Assembly: GCA_963924565.1 (NCBI GenBank)
Contig: OZ004608.1
Coordinates: 8,184,001-8,248,000 of the forward strand
Direction: 5' to 3'
DNA: 64,000 nucleotides
Source: Ascidiella aspersa
Lineage: Eukaryota
The notes beneath the pieces are model-generated. The model saw only the letters and a list, made by a program, of their open reading frames with translations. It was not told where the DNA came from and ran no database searches. Within the stretch, counting starts at the first letter, position 1, and the number at the start of each line of letters is the position of its first letter. Positions 11,501-25,341 of this stretch are shown here, piece by piece. A program made the position numbers and the translations under genes.

Positions 11501-14316
11501 GTCAAAACATTTTTTCAAATTGCGTATTGCGAAGGGGCATAGTATACAATTTAGTTTTGTTTTTTGAACTCTTTTTTGGCGTGACCCGCGGGTCATGAAA
11601 ATCTTATTTTTTTCGTATTAATGACTCTTTTGGTTGTTAGCCAAAAAGGGTTTTAATGAAATTAGGGCTGCACTAGCTAATAGTTTAATTTCCGTGTGCA
11701 CGGTCGCGAAAGTTAATATACACGACTACGGGTTGTTCACCACTAAAATGGACCACTCCTGTTAAGTAGAATGGCAGGCGGGCGGCAGTTTGTTCATTTG
11801 TTTGAACTCAAACTGGCTACGATTCGATTTTTCGCCTAAACTGTGTCACTGAAAGTCGCGCTTTGACGTGTGCGCTCGGATTTCAAAGAAATGCACCGAC
11901 AATTTTAGATATACTGCTTTTACCTGCATTTCCAGCACCCGTTCAGGTGTAATTCATGTGAAATGTTGAACAACCGTTTTTGCAGCCGTGGTTGCCAGTT
12001 CACTAGGCCTTGCAAATGAATGTATTTACAGTTTATTCTTATCAGCTTCGTTTTTTGTTTTTCTGACTGAACGCAACCGCTGGCGTTTTAAATCGAAAAA
12101 AAACACCGCAGTTTAGTTTCCCGGAAGCTATATATGTATCGCGTTTACCTCTTAAAACCTCGTCAACCATACAAAGGAAAACAATCGTTTTGCAGCTCTC
12201 GTGAAAATTTACAATAGGCCAACACTTGCGTGTTTTCAATATCAGGACTAGTGCAAGTGCCACGTGGAGAAAAGGTGGAATAAAGGCGCCGTATTTGTTT
12301 ATAAGCACATCGATAATTTACATCTAGATTCTAGCCCAGTGTTTCGCAACCTACACATAATTTTTTTATCAGGAAGCTTACTAATAGAGCAGAAAATTGG
12401 AATCCTAAATATTTTAAAATATCTCTCGGCACCCCCTTTTTTTCTAGACTATTTTCGGTGTAAGCTAGAGATTCCTGACTGTTTCCGTCCACCTTTCACC
12501 TGTGGCATTTTACTTCGCTGCTTACCACCTGGTATAGAATAACTACTATTTTGCTCAACATTACTTATGTTTTTTGAAGCTGGAATATTAACTTGCTCCC
12601 GCCATTTTTTGATGATTGGTCACTTTTATGCAGTAAAGAGAGAATTTCACTTAACGGCAGCCGCAATAACAATGCACTTGTGTTATTTTTTTCGCAATAG
12701 ACCTCAAACTTAGCACATCTACCAATGGGTGAAAACCACTGCTGTAAGGCGCCCAGGAAAAATATAGGCTTTTTACATCTGAAACCGAACCTAGCTCTCT
12801 AGCGCCATCATAGATTTTAATATAACCGTAAGAAAATGTTCTCGCATTTACCTTGCTCAAAATAAACCGAATCGCGATAAACATACAATTACTATGTGCA
12901 TGTCGACGGTATAGGCTCACATCTTTAGCAAACCTTATATCATTGAAGAAAGTAAACCGGAACGGCGTCCGGTTAAATATTTGTTCCTGACACATATATG
13001 AAAATACGCCATTCGAGTGTAAAATTGTTCGTTTGTATCAGACTTTGTCCTTTTTTTCAACTGATTTGATTTTCAAAGACATTGTAATTTGTTAATGTTC
13101 AATACCGATGTGTGTAATCCCAAATTAACATTATTCGGCTTTTTTAAATGTTCTTTTTTACACTTTTTTTCAAATGTTTCTTTTTTATGGTTAAGTTTCA
13201 CGCTGTGTACACAGGCAGTACAAACCATTACCTTTATTTAGCAATCTCGTCTAACTGTTTTACGTAAACCATGTTTTATCCCAAAAAAATTAGAAAATGT
13301 CCCTAAAATTGTAACAATTCGTAATTGTAACAATCGTAGTTCTAACCTAGAGGTAGGTTTAATTGGGTTAAAGGTAAAACATCGTGTTTTATCATTGTAA
13401 CATTTGATCGTGAAGAATCGGGCCTCTTTTGCCAACTTGTAGCAACGACGGTCGCCTGTATGACCTTAAGTAACCTCGCCGTTGCTAACTTAACCGCCAG
13501 TAACCCCGGGTTCAGCTTAACCTTCAGTATCCCCGGGTCGTTAGGTCGGGCGGTAAAATCTTGCTTCCGCCTCCGTCGTGAGCCTCTATGTCGTGGGAAT
13601 CACGTTACTACGATTCAGGAAGTGACTTATGAGCGTTATAGTATTTGCGTTGAGCGTGCTTCTGATCGTTGTTTTGCCTAAACAAGACACGACACGTAAG
13701 AGTTTGGGCTTACTTTGAGTAACGGTAAAAAAACAAAGCTGACCATACGTGGAACTGGATGCTGCTATAGTGAAATACAGACAAAAAAATAAGGATTTGT
13801 TTCAAGAGAATTTTTTTGCTGTGTTGACCATGACGTTCATACTGTTTTGTCGAATTACATTCAGAAAACGTCGAGCGATCCAATTTAGGTATTTCAAAAC
13901 ACACAATTTTTCTTTTTTTTTAATTTTTTTTTTTAATTTGTTTTCATAAAATTGTGTCCTAAATTTAAACACGTTTCCGCTACAATAATACGACTTCAAA
14001 AAGTTTACGAAGCACTCCCCAAGTGAAAGACGGTTACATGAAATACTTAATTTCTGAAAAGAAAAACCCCTTATACTAATTAACCGTGTCACATATCAGG
14101 CACTTAAAAAATCCAAACATACGGACCCTAATCCCCGTCTTCTTTCCGTCACCAGGTGGCCTCATCTACGGCTTTTATGGGATACAACACAGTGTCGAGG
14201 GTCCGGCTGGCGATCAGATGCGACAGGAGCAGCTGGAGCGCAAGAACTCCTCCTCTCCGACCAAAACGAACCGGGAGGATCAGGATCAGCTCCTCCACGA
14301 GACGCAGCAGGTGTGA
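2144..14316 (+). CDS. Cationic amino acid transporter (SLC7A1-4/CAT family), 3' part; 5' exons lie upstream of the window
   Basis: Exons 2144-2283, 3534-3636, 4665-4855, 5811-5971 (GC donor), 9715-9823, 14156-14316 join in frame: [27 protein letters not shown]...[38 protein letters not shown]...[13 protein letters not shown]|[19 protein letters not shown]...WLVAG|[12 protein letters not shown]...QQV*. These motifs closely match vertebrate CAT1-3; the specific paralogue cannot be assigned. Confidence 0.95.
5511..5702. mobile_element. Foldback (long inverted-repeat) MITE-like element; second copy at 8083-8273
   Basis: GGAGGAATCAGGTGGTACTATATAAAGACAAGTTGTATTGAATTCTCGACA...TGTCGAGAATCCATACAACTTGTATTTATGTAGTGCCACCTGGTTCCTCC; arms are imperfectly complementary over about 80 nt. 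Confidence 0.8.
6900..7207. mobile_element. hAT-type MITE
   Basis: Perfect 8-bp TSD CCTTAAAC on both sides; imperfect TIR CAGGGATTTAAA / TTTGAATCCTTG. Confidence 0.75.
8900..9134. repeat. Diverged ~120-bp tandem duplication
   Basis: CGCGCTAAAAAAA..CACGACTC..TGCTGCCCA..GTACACTCA.CGTTTAAACTCAAAATA occurs twice. Confidence 0.8.
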
Positions 14317-14344
14317 GAAGTAGGAAGAGGATAAAGAAGACAAG

Positions 14345-14790
14345 ACGCCTTTTCTTCTCGCACGGAGTAAAAGGATGTTAACATAACTTTGGCCTCAACT
14401 CCGCTTTTTGTTTGTTGCGGAGCCTCCGGTTTGGCATTTTTTTTAAGTTTTACCCTTAATCGCTAGTTTGAATGTAATTTGGTCGATTTCAAGTAACAGC
14501 AGCGGATTAAAGAGTCCCAAAGTCACTTTCTTCGTTCTTCGCTCTTTACCAAATTTCGAAAACTATATTTTTTTTGTAAAATGAAGAAGGCGCCTTGTTT
14601 CCCGCAAGGAGAAAAGGAGGATTTGAAAATAACTTCGGCCTCAACTCCGCCTTTGTTTGTTGCGGAGCCTCCGTTTTGGGTTTTTTCGAGTTTTACCCTC
14701 AATCGCTACTTCGAATGTATATTTTTTTTGGTCGATTTCAAGTAAAAAAGCGGAATAAAGAGTCCCAAAACACTTTCCCTTCCTTTCTTT
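14345..14790. repeat. Diverged ~245-bp-period tandem duplication in the CAT 3' UTR region
   Basis: Two copies share GGCCTCAACTCCGC..TTTGTTTGTTGCGGAGCCTCC, GGTCGATTTCAAGTAA and AAAGAGTCCCAAA. Confidence 0.85.
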
Positions 14791-16983
14791 CTTGGCTCTT
14801 TTTTTCCATAATTTTAAGAACGCTGAATTTTTTTTTAAACGTGCAAATTAGTTGCGAAGCAATTTTACATGTTTAAAAGACCCCGACCGGTGCCAATCTA
14901 ATTCGACCGTTTTTCTGTTAGATCTTTAGAAGCTTCCCCGCTGCTTTTTTGCTTAGTGCTTTATTTAATATTTATTGTGCTCGAAATAGGCCTCTTAAGG
15001 TCTAACTCCGACATTTTTGCTGAAGCGTTAGAGTTAGACGAATGTTTTTTAGTTGAAGCTTTAGAAAAAGTGTGTCCAGTGTCCACCCTTGATTCGCCAA
15101 TTTTTTTTCTCTTAAAATACGTCACGTGTGTGAAGCAATGGCCGGCGTGCACCCCTGACGTAGGGGTTATTTTGTGACGTCATAAACACGCTAAAATAGT
15201 ACCGTTTGTAACTAAGGCGTGTTACTTTTTTGGATGTCTAGTTGAAGTGAAGCAAAAGCCGAACGAAAATTTTTCTTATCGCAACTGCGTACTACCTAAA
15301 GGCCCAGTTTTTCTATTGTTATTTTTAGTGCGGCATACGATTTCGATTTTGTAGTACCTCAATCGCGGATAAGAGCTTGTTTCTCTAATTCTGGCAGCAC
15401 GGTTTTTTACAATCCAGACAGAATAAAAGTAAACACGACAAAAAAGCAACAACGAACATATTCAGCCGTTAGTCCGTCTTTCCTGTTGTTTCAGTTTTAC
15501 AAAGGGCATTCAACCAACGGTTTTAATTCATTGAGGATAGAACTGGTAGGCCTTGTTTCTTTCGTCCATTTCGTCACAAATAATATTTAAATTCAGCAAA
15601 CGCTCTGTAATGCCAGAATACAAGCACGGAACAATACCACACAGTTTCAACCACAAGTTGGCGATACATATTGGCAGTAAGAACGGTACTCATCAAACTG
15701 TGTTGATCACCCTTCTTCAGCCCAGCGAAATTAGGCCCATGTTTCCTTAGCTATATTTTTATCGCTGAGTACCGCATCACGCGAGCCACTCGCACTGTAT
15801 CTAACGGGTGCTGCAAATCGTCCTTTCAAAAAGCAAGAAATAGCACGCTCTGCATTATAAGCCTTGGCTTCAAATGTCTCTCTGCTTGTTTCCAACACTC
15901 TTTTGTTTTATTTATTTACGTCGTGTGCTGTGTTTCTGGTTCGGTCGCTTGTTGTGAATCATCAGTTTTCAATTGCCCTCAAAACAACAAAAACAGGGCG
16001 AATGTATAGTTTAAACACAAACTGACCTATTAGGCGTTTTATGATTTTCAAAGGGTGCTGGGATCTCCATTACCTATGGTCACATACCTTTTTTGTATCT
16101 TTAAAGTGCTTTCCGGGCATGTTTTTAACTGTATACAAGGTGCTAGAATATTCAAACCAAATAAAAGTTTTTTTCTTTGGATTTAAGTCCACGTCAAAAC
16201 ATAATTTTACCAAAAACAATTTCAAGTTAAATAGATAAAAACATATGTGCGTGCTTTTCTCAAGCAATCTAACAAAAAAAACTATTTTTTTGTTTAATTC
16301 AAACTAAAACGTTTTTCAACTGTACGTATTTGAACTCCATTTCACTTTTACATTTTTTGAACTGGAAACAGCAGATTTTTAAAGTCTATAGGTATTGTGA
16401 CGTCAGTTTATGACGCCATCTGTAAAAATTTCTTGCCTAATAATTTTTTTTGGCGGTCCGCGGTAAAAAAAGGTTAAGAACCCCTGGGATAAATACTCCA
16501 AAATCAACGCTTTAAGTCCGTTTGCCAACTAAGCACAATTTTTGCCATTTGTAGCTTTTAAAGTGCCTTTTAATATTCTGACTTATCTTGTTTGACTGGC
16601 TTGTTTTCAAACTGATTATCTGCGAGCCAAAGTGATTTTTCTGGGGCGTTTTAATGCTTCATGTGAGAACAAAGACAACTAATTTGTATTACAAAAAGTT
16701 TTTCGCTAATGCTGCTTAAAACGCGAATTATTGCTTATAACGCGAGTCATAATTTTAAAACGCGAACTACAATTTTGAAACGCGAACTTTAAAAGTGCCA
16801 CAAAATGTGTGTTTTACATTAACATTGCCTTCATTCTCAAAGACCGAACAAAAAAATTGACAACTTTCCACCATTCCCCGTTCTCATAGCTTCCACTTAT
16901 CCGCCTCGGTTATCGCGATCGACTACATTTTCCCCGTCGTTATACGCGCTGTGTCCATTTCTTTTAAACGCGCGTGTTTCACC

Positions 16984-17205
16984 CAGGAGTGGGCAATCTA
17001 AGGCCCGCGGGCCGACCACTCTCTTTTACGAAATGGGGAAGAGGCCTATATTTTTGGGGTATTTCAACACAGTAAATACGAAAAATTAAGTTTTGCCAAC
17101 TCATTGTATCCGAATGCATAATTGTCAGCCACATTTTTTTCCACGGCCCGCAGAGACGTTTCTGAGGTTGGTTTTGGCCTGCGACTAAAAAAGGCTGCCC
17201 CCCTG
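16984..17205. mobile_element. Degenerate hAT/Charlie-like MITE
   Basis: Ends CAGGAGTGGGCAA...GGCTGCCCCCCTG with internal GGCCCGC motifs; TSD not preserved. Confidence 0.55.
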
Positions 17206-17724
17206 TTCTATACCATTTTGTGCGTGACCTTCTCGTTAAAATCGCCTTGAGCCTAAGTCGCCTGTACATATTTATTTTTGTCGATTTCCTGTTTTTCATT
17301 TTGTTTTTCGCTCGCTAGAGGACGTCCTGTTGTTTAAACGCCCCATGATTGGCCTCGTTCCATTAAAACTGGACAAACTAAATCTCGGATTTGTGCTGCT
17401 GTTTGGTTTGGTTTCAGCAAGGCCGTTGTGAGATCGGCTTTAATTTGTCGAGTATAGAAGTTTGTAACCTACTAGATATAGTTTTTCTTGTAAAACATAA
17501 TGGTACTGCATTAAGGAACAATGATAGTGCAAAGTAGTGTACTGAAAAATGTACAAAAGCCACGGATACGTGCTTCTTGTTGAATTCACAAAAGCGTCCC
17601 TTCAGACTTATTTACTAATTAAAATAAATATGCGAACAAGTCTTTTTTCTGCACCAGGCATTGAAAACCAAATACGAATCAAAAACTAGACTATTAACTA
17701 TAAACGATTGTAGTATTTAGAAAG

Positions 17725-18215
17725 GAGTCGAATCGGAACTTTATGAACCGGTTTTGGGTCAATTTTTTCCGAACCGTAACCGAACCTGAACCGTTTTTTG
17801 TAAGATTTTAAGGAGCCAAACCGGAACTGAACCGAATAATTTGAAACAACCTGAACCTTAACCGAACCCGAACCTGTAAACGCAAGCGGTTCTCTCCAGC
17901 ATGACGTCACAACTTGATTTTACAGAGCCATGTTTGATATTTTGTAAAAACAATATGAATATTATTAAATAAATCGTGGATTTTTTTGATTTTTTAGATA
18001 TGTGAATGAGTTGCTGTCTTTTTAATACGTCACGTGACTTGGATTAAATGACCTACAATTCAAAGATTCACACATTTTGAGATTTAACGTAACTTGTATT
18101 ATATCCAAACCGGAACTTAATGAACCGGTTTTGAAATAGCGATGTTCGAACCGGAGCTGAACCGGAACTTTTAAATTATTTCGAACCGAAACCGGAACTG
18201 AACCGGATTCCGAAA
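17725..18215. repeat. GAACCG/GAACCTG-rich interspersed repeat (two blocks)
   Basis: Many degenerate AACCGGAAC/GAACCGAAC units at ~17740-17880 and ~18105-18210. Confidence 0.7.
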
Positions 18216-19941
18216 AATCCTCCCCAAAAATTCCAAAATTGAAAATATAAGATAAAATTGTTAACCGTTCTTGATTCACAAAATAAAAAAAAATTCTTTG
18301 CATTATCATTCAAAATCTTGATCTTAATAATAACATTTTAACAACTTGGAATAAATTTGTTGGACAAATTAAGCACTGTTGAATTTCAGTATAATGCCAA
18401 CAGAAACTTTAAACAAAGAGAAAAAAACAGAAGAAAATAATATAGTCCCTTTGTTTTTAGTTTGGCAAATAAATAAATGTATTGTTTTAGTTTAGAGTAA
18501 TTCACTAGAAATATCGGTCCTACTTCAATTTCTATTAAGTAGATTTTCATTGACAGATATATTCCAATAATACTGGATTTTGACATTAAGAGTTAATTGT
18601 TCCGAAAAAAAAACTTTGCTACCCGGGGCTTAATTTAATTTATTTTTGACTCCGAGTAAGTGTCCCATTCCGAAATTGTTTTAACCGGCGCAAAAAGATT
18701 TTCTTTTAGTTTTGATGATAATAAACTAGTTTATGAGTTTGTATACACAAAGTCGCGTGTTAAATTTGTATAATACTATATTTATTCCACGTGATTTCAA
18801 TTTTAACAACTGGTTTCGGTAATGTAAAAAAATGGTGTGATTCTAGACCAGTGCTAAATAAGTATTCCACTACAAAAAGTCCGGGCATACTTACCAAGTA
18901 GGCCTAGAGTAGATTAACTTCACCCAAGCTTTTTGCAATTGACTGTAAATAAGTTTTTGAGAGAATCCAACTCACGCTAAATTCGTAAAACTGGTATCTA
19001 GTACGTTTTGTGTATTCTTGCTGCACGGCCAATTTGCAGTTACAATTGACTGTTAACTTTTTTATAACTTATCTGATAAACCAGGTTTGCCAATATAATT
19101 TTCCGTTTTTTGCATAGCAATGGCAAAATTGTCAAAACAGTGCGTGTTACGTCACAATAACAAAATTGCCCAGTACTGCTGTAACTGTTTTTCAAGTCAT
19201 TTACACAAAAACTTTACACAAAAAAATAGATAAGCTGTACCCACTGAATATTTTCTAATGAATGTAATTCTAAAAAAATATTAGTTCTCAGGCCTGGCCG
19301 AAATGCAGCTTACAAACGATTAATAACGATATGAATAACAACCTTAACTAGAAAAGTTCTGCATGTCTTTTATAAATATGCCTACCCTATCCGAAAATGT
19401 GGTATTGTATATAAGAGAAAATAAACTTATTTAAGTTTGTTTTATTTCCCAAAACGAATAGCGACAAAATAAAGGAACTTAACGATAAGAATTTATTATA
19501 ATGCTATATGATTTCTGGATTAAAATTTGTTTGTAAAACTATCACATGGACTCGAATGACCATTAATCTTCGAACCAATGTTAGTGAAAAAATGGCATGC
19601 AATAGATTGGAAATATTTGCTTACATTGTTCATTGCTAATTCGTACAATTCCAAAGAAATTAACGCAAATCAAAACACGATCTTAATTGCCCAGTTTAAG
19701 TCAAACAGCTCAGTTTTATACCAAATCAATTGTTGGAAGTTAAAAAAACATGAAATATATGTTTGCAGATTACTGTTTGTTCTTTTTTTTCGTAGATAAA
19801 GTTACATCGCCATAGTCCATTTTAAAGTCAACTTTTTCTTCGGAGTGGGTATGACAGGATTCAAAAGCGGAAACAATCGTACAGTCGAAGGTCAAACTCG
19901 CACAGGCGTATAGATAAGTAAAAATTGTCAACACTCTACGG

Positions 19942-20167
19942 CAGTGATTCCCAAACTGTGTGCCTCGAAAGATGTGCCGCGAAATTTTTGTAATTACGGA
20001 AAATAGAGTTCAAACAAATTAATAATATTGGGATTTTTACATACATATAGTTTGTCGTGTTTGAAGGGCGATTGTAAAATTACTCTTTTGTTGTTCTGTT
20101 AAAAGTGTGCCGCGAAATACTTGATTTTTATAGTATGCCGCGAGCCAAAAAAGTTTGGGAACCACTG
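19942..20167. mobile_element. hAT-type MITE
   Basis: TIR CAGTGATTCCCAAACT / AGTTTGGGAACCACTG; perfect TSD CTCTACGG. Confidence 0.88.
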
Positions 20168-20850
20168 CTCTACGGCGTCTATTAGTAGTAAATGCAAAGG
20201 TTACTAACGACTGGGGGCGGATCCAGCAATTTTATTTAACATAGCCCTGCTTAAAGTGTTAATTCTACATCGAGTTATACGCGATATAAACAAGCAAGAA
20301 TTGGAGTCGCAGAGAGGGTTATTTCCAGGTTGATGACAAACATTGGGAAAATGTACGCTTCACAGTGCTGTAGGAACTAATCGAAATACCAGTGCTCTTT
20401 CAATAAGAGGGCGTTCGCTAGTAAGCTTTTATGCACAAAGGAACAGTTTCGCAGGTACTTCGTTGCATAGCATGTAAAATAGTCAAGCCGTCGCAGCAAA
20501 ATATTTGAACTAGTGCTTATTCTGATTACAGTTTAGCGCATTTTACAGTCCATATAAATCGTTGAAATATGGTTGAAGAAGGAAATAACTACAGTATTTA
20601 AATTCACTTTTCTTATTAAGAATGGATTCCAAGAGTCGCAGACACCATACGTTTAACAACTTTATTTAATTTTTTTTAGTTATTTAGGAATAAATTTGGC
20701 GGTTTAACCTTTCAGGCTAAATCCATGAAACTAAAAAAATGCGATTCACAATCAAACAAGAAATGTGCAAAAACGTAAAACAGCATTGCGCTCGGCAGAA
20801 AAAAGTTCCAATCTTCTCGAAATTTTTCGCTCGAAGTTCTAGAAACTTCT

Positions 20851-23800
20851 TCAGTAGGACCACGTCTCGTGGACCTTGTTGTGCTTGACACCGCAAGTGA
20901 CACAGCAGGCGACAATGACGGCGAGAATCTGCAAAGCCATCACACCGGCAGTGACGCCGCCTGTCACTCCAGCGTACCTCATAACAAGGTCGCGCAGAGC
21001 CTGGAAGCAACCCTGAAAAACAAAGCGAAGAATTTTAGCATGTGTGTGTTATTTGTTGACATGCCTGCGGAAGAATACACATCACTCTTATGCTTTTTAG
21101 TGAAATCGTTAACAAAAATAAATTATTGAACGTGGGCAACCCCATCCATCTTCATAAATTCCATTCGACGATATTTCCGACCGGAAATTAAAAGAATAGC
21201 TTAATCAGGTATTTTATTGTGGAATAGTAGCCTTTACATTGTATGGTTTAGGTTTAGGTTGAAGGTTGACAAAACTTTTATTATAAAAATTGTTTACTGT
21301 ATGTTTTGCCAAATCATACTACGGGCCATCGCTTAGCCTTAAATAATGTTACTTTTTGTTTTTTAATAAAACCTATAGCTTCGCCTGGCAACTCCTTAAT
21401 CCAAAGTTAAAATAACGCTAAAATAATATTTTTTTACTATTCACATTCTTAAAATCATAAATTGAGAATAAATTAAATGGATTGTAAATATTTAAATCTA
21501 GGCCAATTCTAGTTCATTTTCTATTTTAAATTTTGGATTTGAAAAAATATGTAATTCTACTTTTATAATCTAATTTGAGAAAACGAAATGATCTAATTCC
21601 AATCTAATTCTAATTTTTGGAAAAACTGAAATGCTCGAATTCTAATCTAATCTAATCTTAAAAAGCTAAAATAAACCTAGCTATCCATGTCTGAAACCGG
21701 CAACGGTGTTAAAGAACTATTCTACCTACCTGGTATGCCTACCTAAAATGCCACTAACACTACAAAAACTCACCGTTTGCGCGAAGGTGTTGACCGCGCT
21801 GACGGTCGCCGAATTTTGGCAAGCGGACAAGTCCACGTACGCGTCGCCATTCTTTACACAGCAACTGGCAGGCCAAGGCTGGACGGTACTGGACTGGGCG
21901 TCGTAGAGGGATCCGGTGTAATCAGTACCGTTTATGTAGCCACAGCAGGAGAACTGTGAAAATAAAGAGAGAAAAAATAGTTGTGAGAATAATAGAAGGG
22001 CACCCTGCATGGCAACGAGTTGTGAAACAGAAACATTTTTGTGAGCTTAGTTCATAAAAAAGCTTAAAAGGTTTAAAAAGTGTATGTAAATAAAGAAGGA
22101 GAAACTATTTGATATGCACACATCTAACTCGGTGTTCCGCGCATTGTTTATTAGACGTGGCAGAGTTATAATGACTGGAGTCAATGACTTAAAAAGTCGC
22201 GCTTTTCAAATGACTTTACTGGACTTCAGTCGATTTGGCAAGTGACTGGACTTGACTTTTAGACAAATGAAATAGAGCTTAGAAATTATGCGAAATTACT
22301 GAAAATACATAAGACGAAGCATGGATAAAAATGGAACGTAACAACTAGTGGTAAAACAGGAATATTAGCTCATAAAAAGTGCAGTTTGTATCCCATTTAT
22401 AAAAGGTGTAAACAGTGCAAATATGTAAATGAACAAAACTGTTAGGAGCCGCTGTTTTATAAACACAACTTCAGGTTGCTTTGTGTAATGCGTAATGTTT
22501 ATTAGACGCTGTTGCTCGGTGGAAATCATTTGCTCGTGGTGAAACAGACAAGTTTTCGATAAACAAACTAAGTATAAATTAAATGCACGAAGATCTTTAC
22601 AAGCATTTGTTCGTCAGGCGGTTTTAAGAGCCAAAACCGTAAACGTTACCTTCTACAATTTCAACACCACAATGTTTCATATTGGCACAAGTAAACCTTT
22701 TATCCAAGACCTTTCGTCAGTAAACAAAACGCCACGCGGCAACGTCGCGACAGGCTAAAGGAGGCTCTTCGGGTACACTTTTTGAAATTGTCTGTAGCAA
22801 AACATGTTGGGCACAGAAACAGACTACCATTGATAGGATTTAAACCCAATAACAATTGGTGTTTTGCAGCTTTGGGTTATTGTTTCGTTCGCTTCCCAGG
22901 AACCCGAACATCCGGAGCTTTAGAAAATTATACACACGTCTTGTCTTTAAACTTTAAACCTAGCAACGCCCTTTCAGACGAAGTTAATCATGCTTTGTTA
23001 CATAACTATTTTTCAAGGTCGCTTTTCATGAATATTTTCCAGTATTGTAAAGAAGACATTATCAACAACTGAACAAATAACAAGACAAGTCTCAGTGAAT
23101 TTTGCTGTCTTAAAAGCATATGCTATGCTAAAAGGCGTAAAAATTGACACACACATATTTACTATTCACTTACCTTTGAGTATAATTCAGGATTTAAATG
23201 AAATTAATTGTGAATATTCAAATGCAATTCTAGTTCAAATTTCAGTTAAAAATCGCTTTAGGAATTCGGTAATTCTAATTTAAAAAACCAAAATGATCTA
23301 ATTCTAATTGTAATCTAATTTAAAAAAGTTATCATAAATCTAGTTCAATTCTGGACTTTACAAATGTACGAGTGCCAATGCCATTACCTGATATCAGGTA
23401 TCGGCTCCTAAAAAAAACTATACTATCGGACATCCCACGACTTACCGCGAATTGGAGCGAATCCCAACCGGAAGTGACGGGGTCGGTGACGTCATTGGTG
23501 TAGATCTTGATGGAAGCGTCAGCTCCCTGTCGGAGAAGTTGCTCCAGGGTGGAGGTAAAGAGGAAGGCAAGGATCAGGACGGCGATCTCGATGAGGAGGA
23601 AGAGGATAATGACGATGATGAACTGGAGGAACGAAGAAAAAATCGTCGTGATTAAATTGATGAAGATTCGCACTTGTGTAAACAAAGTATAAAGCGACGT
23701 TTCGCCAGAAGATACCAGCGGACCTTATCAGGACGACGCAGAAAAAACGTAGTGATAAACTTAATCCACAAGACAACATATCAATGAATAGAAATCGCTA

Positions 23801-25341
23801 TTTCTGGTGTAAACGAAGTATAAACATCAGGAATATGGTTAGCTGGTGGTATCTGCTGCCAAAACGTCGGTTTATACTTCGTTTGCACCAGAAAAACGAT
23901 TTCTATCTATTGTAAAAACCTAGTGATTGTGATTTCCAAGCGACTGTAGTATATTGTACAGTTGTGCTCGCTTGTTGGCCTGCTGCAGGTTAATTGTGGA
24001 CGATCGTCATTATAAAGACGTTTAGGCCTAATCAGTTTTTTTTTGAGCTATTTTATCAATAGTAATACACTATTTTTGTATCGCATCGTATGATTGTACT
24101 GTTTGCTTCAAATATGTTTTTATATCTGGTCATGGTAGCAAAACTAAAATACGTAAAATACGAAGTATCGGATGGTGGCGTTGATCGCAGAAATGTTAGA
24201 ATTATTCGCGCCTTTGTACTTGTTCAGTTTTTGGGAAACTTTTAACTGCGAATGTGGAAAAATGTACAGAGTTGAGCTAAAGTCAGTTAGATAAATAAAC
24301 TAACTTGGGACGGCGTTTTTAAAACACAGTTAGGTTGTTGGCACGTTAAATTTCTCTTTAAAACAAGTATAACATTTAATAATTTGTCGTTTATTTATTG
24401 GTATTCGGAGCAAATTTTGTGTTTAGTAAACTACAATCGCCTTACCGTGACCAGAAGGCACTTGTTCTCCTTCCAGGCCCCACAGCAGCCGAGAAACGAC
24501 ACAACGGCGATGGCCGCTCCAACACCAATCAAGATAAAGGGTGCGTACTGGAAGAGCGCGTTGGTGGAAAGGGTGCTGCTGAACGAATTGTAATCGTCCA
24601 CAACCCAAACTCCGAGGCCTGCTAGCACTAAGCCGCCCAGCTGTGAAAGTTAAATGTTGTTTTGTTCTTTCTGTCGCACTTTAAAAGCCGGTTGAAGGGT
24701 TGTGATTGCGGTTACCGCTTGGGGAAAAGTTTGTAGTCGTTACTATGCTATGCGAAAAGCATGTTAGTTTTACACTTGTTGGCAGGTAACGACAGCTTGT
24801 TTTTACCTAGATTCATTGTTACATTCGTCGGTAAAGTGTGTCAGTCGTGTTACCCGAAATAGCTGAGCTGAGTAAAATTTGCAGCATTTACATTTTTTAA
24901 TTTCATGAACAAAGGATTAGGAATAAAATCTGAAAATTCTTAGATAAACGGGGGCCTAATTTGCATTTAAAAACTCTATAAAATATGTTTCTTTTTTCAT
25001 TGTAAAGTCAATTTTAAAGTATTTCTTTCTTTTGTTAAAAGTTAAACCCAAATCACTTTTTTAAAATAATATAATCATAATTTTTTATAATATACCTATA
25101 AGGAATAAATACTTTAAGTGTCATTCTGTTTGACAAGAATATCAAGTTTGTAATTGTGGCTCCTAACTTGTCGACTGTCGCAATATAAGCTTATAACCGG
25201 TTGGGTAATTACCAATTACTCACTGCGTAGTTCATAAATACTGCTAGTTAGCGTACACAAAAATGAACAAAAACCTACCATAAACAGAAGGTTAAAAAAG
25301 ATCATCAAGTTCTTGCATCGTCGAAAGCCTTTATCCTCCAT
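20851..25341 (-). CDS. Tetraspanin A (TSPAN18/TSPAN1/uroplakin-1-like), ~258 aa
   Basis: Exons 25341-25279 (MEDKGFRRCKNLMIFFNLLFM), 24640-24446 (LGGLVLAGLGVW...FLGCCGAWKENKCLLVT), 23622-23446 (FIIVIILFLLIEIA...WDSLQFA), 21953-21774 (FSCCGYING...PWPASCC...ACQ), 21012-20851 (GCFQAL...HETWSY*). All introns GT-AG and phase 0; four TM segments; CCG and PxSCC motifs. Confidence 0.92.

Noticed and set aside
15500-15900. More balanced-composition stretch with short ORFs on both strands (similar at 52020-52400)
   Set aside because: No recognisable protein motif or exon structure; possibly UTR or decayed TE.
17725-18215. Regular GAACCG repeats as a CRISPR-like array
   Set aside because: Degenerate short units without constant repeat/spacer lengths, eukaryotic context, no cas genes.
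23452-23655. Acidic plus-strand ORF (DEEEEDNDDDELEE) and its copy at 29848-30051
   Set aside because: Antisense shadow of the hydrophobic tetraspanin exon 3.
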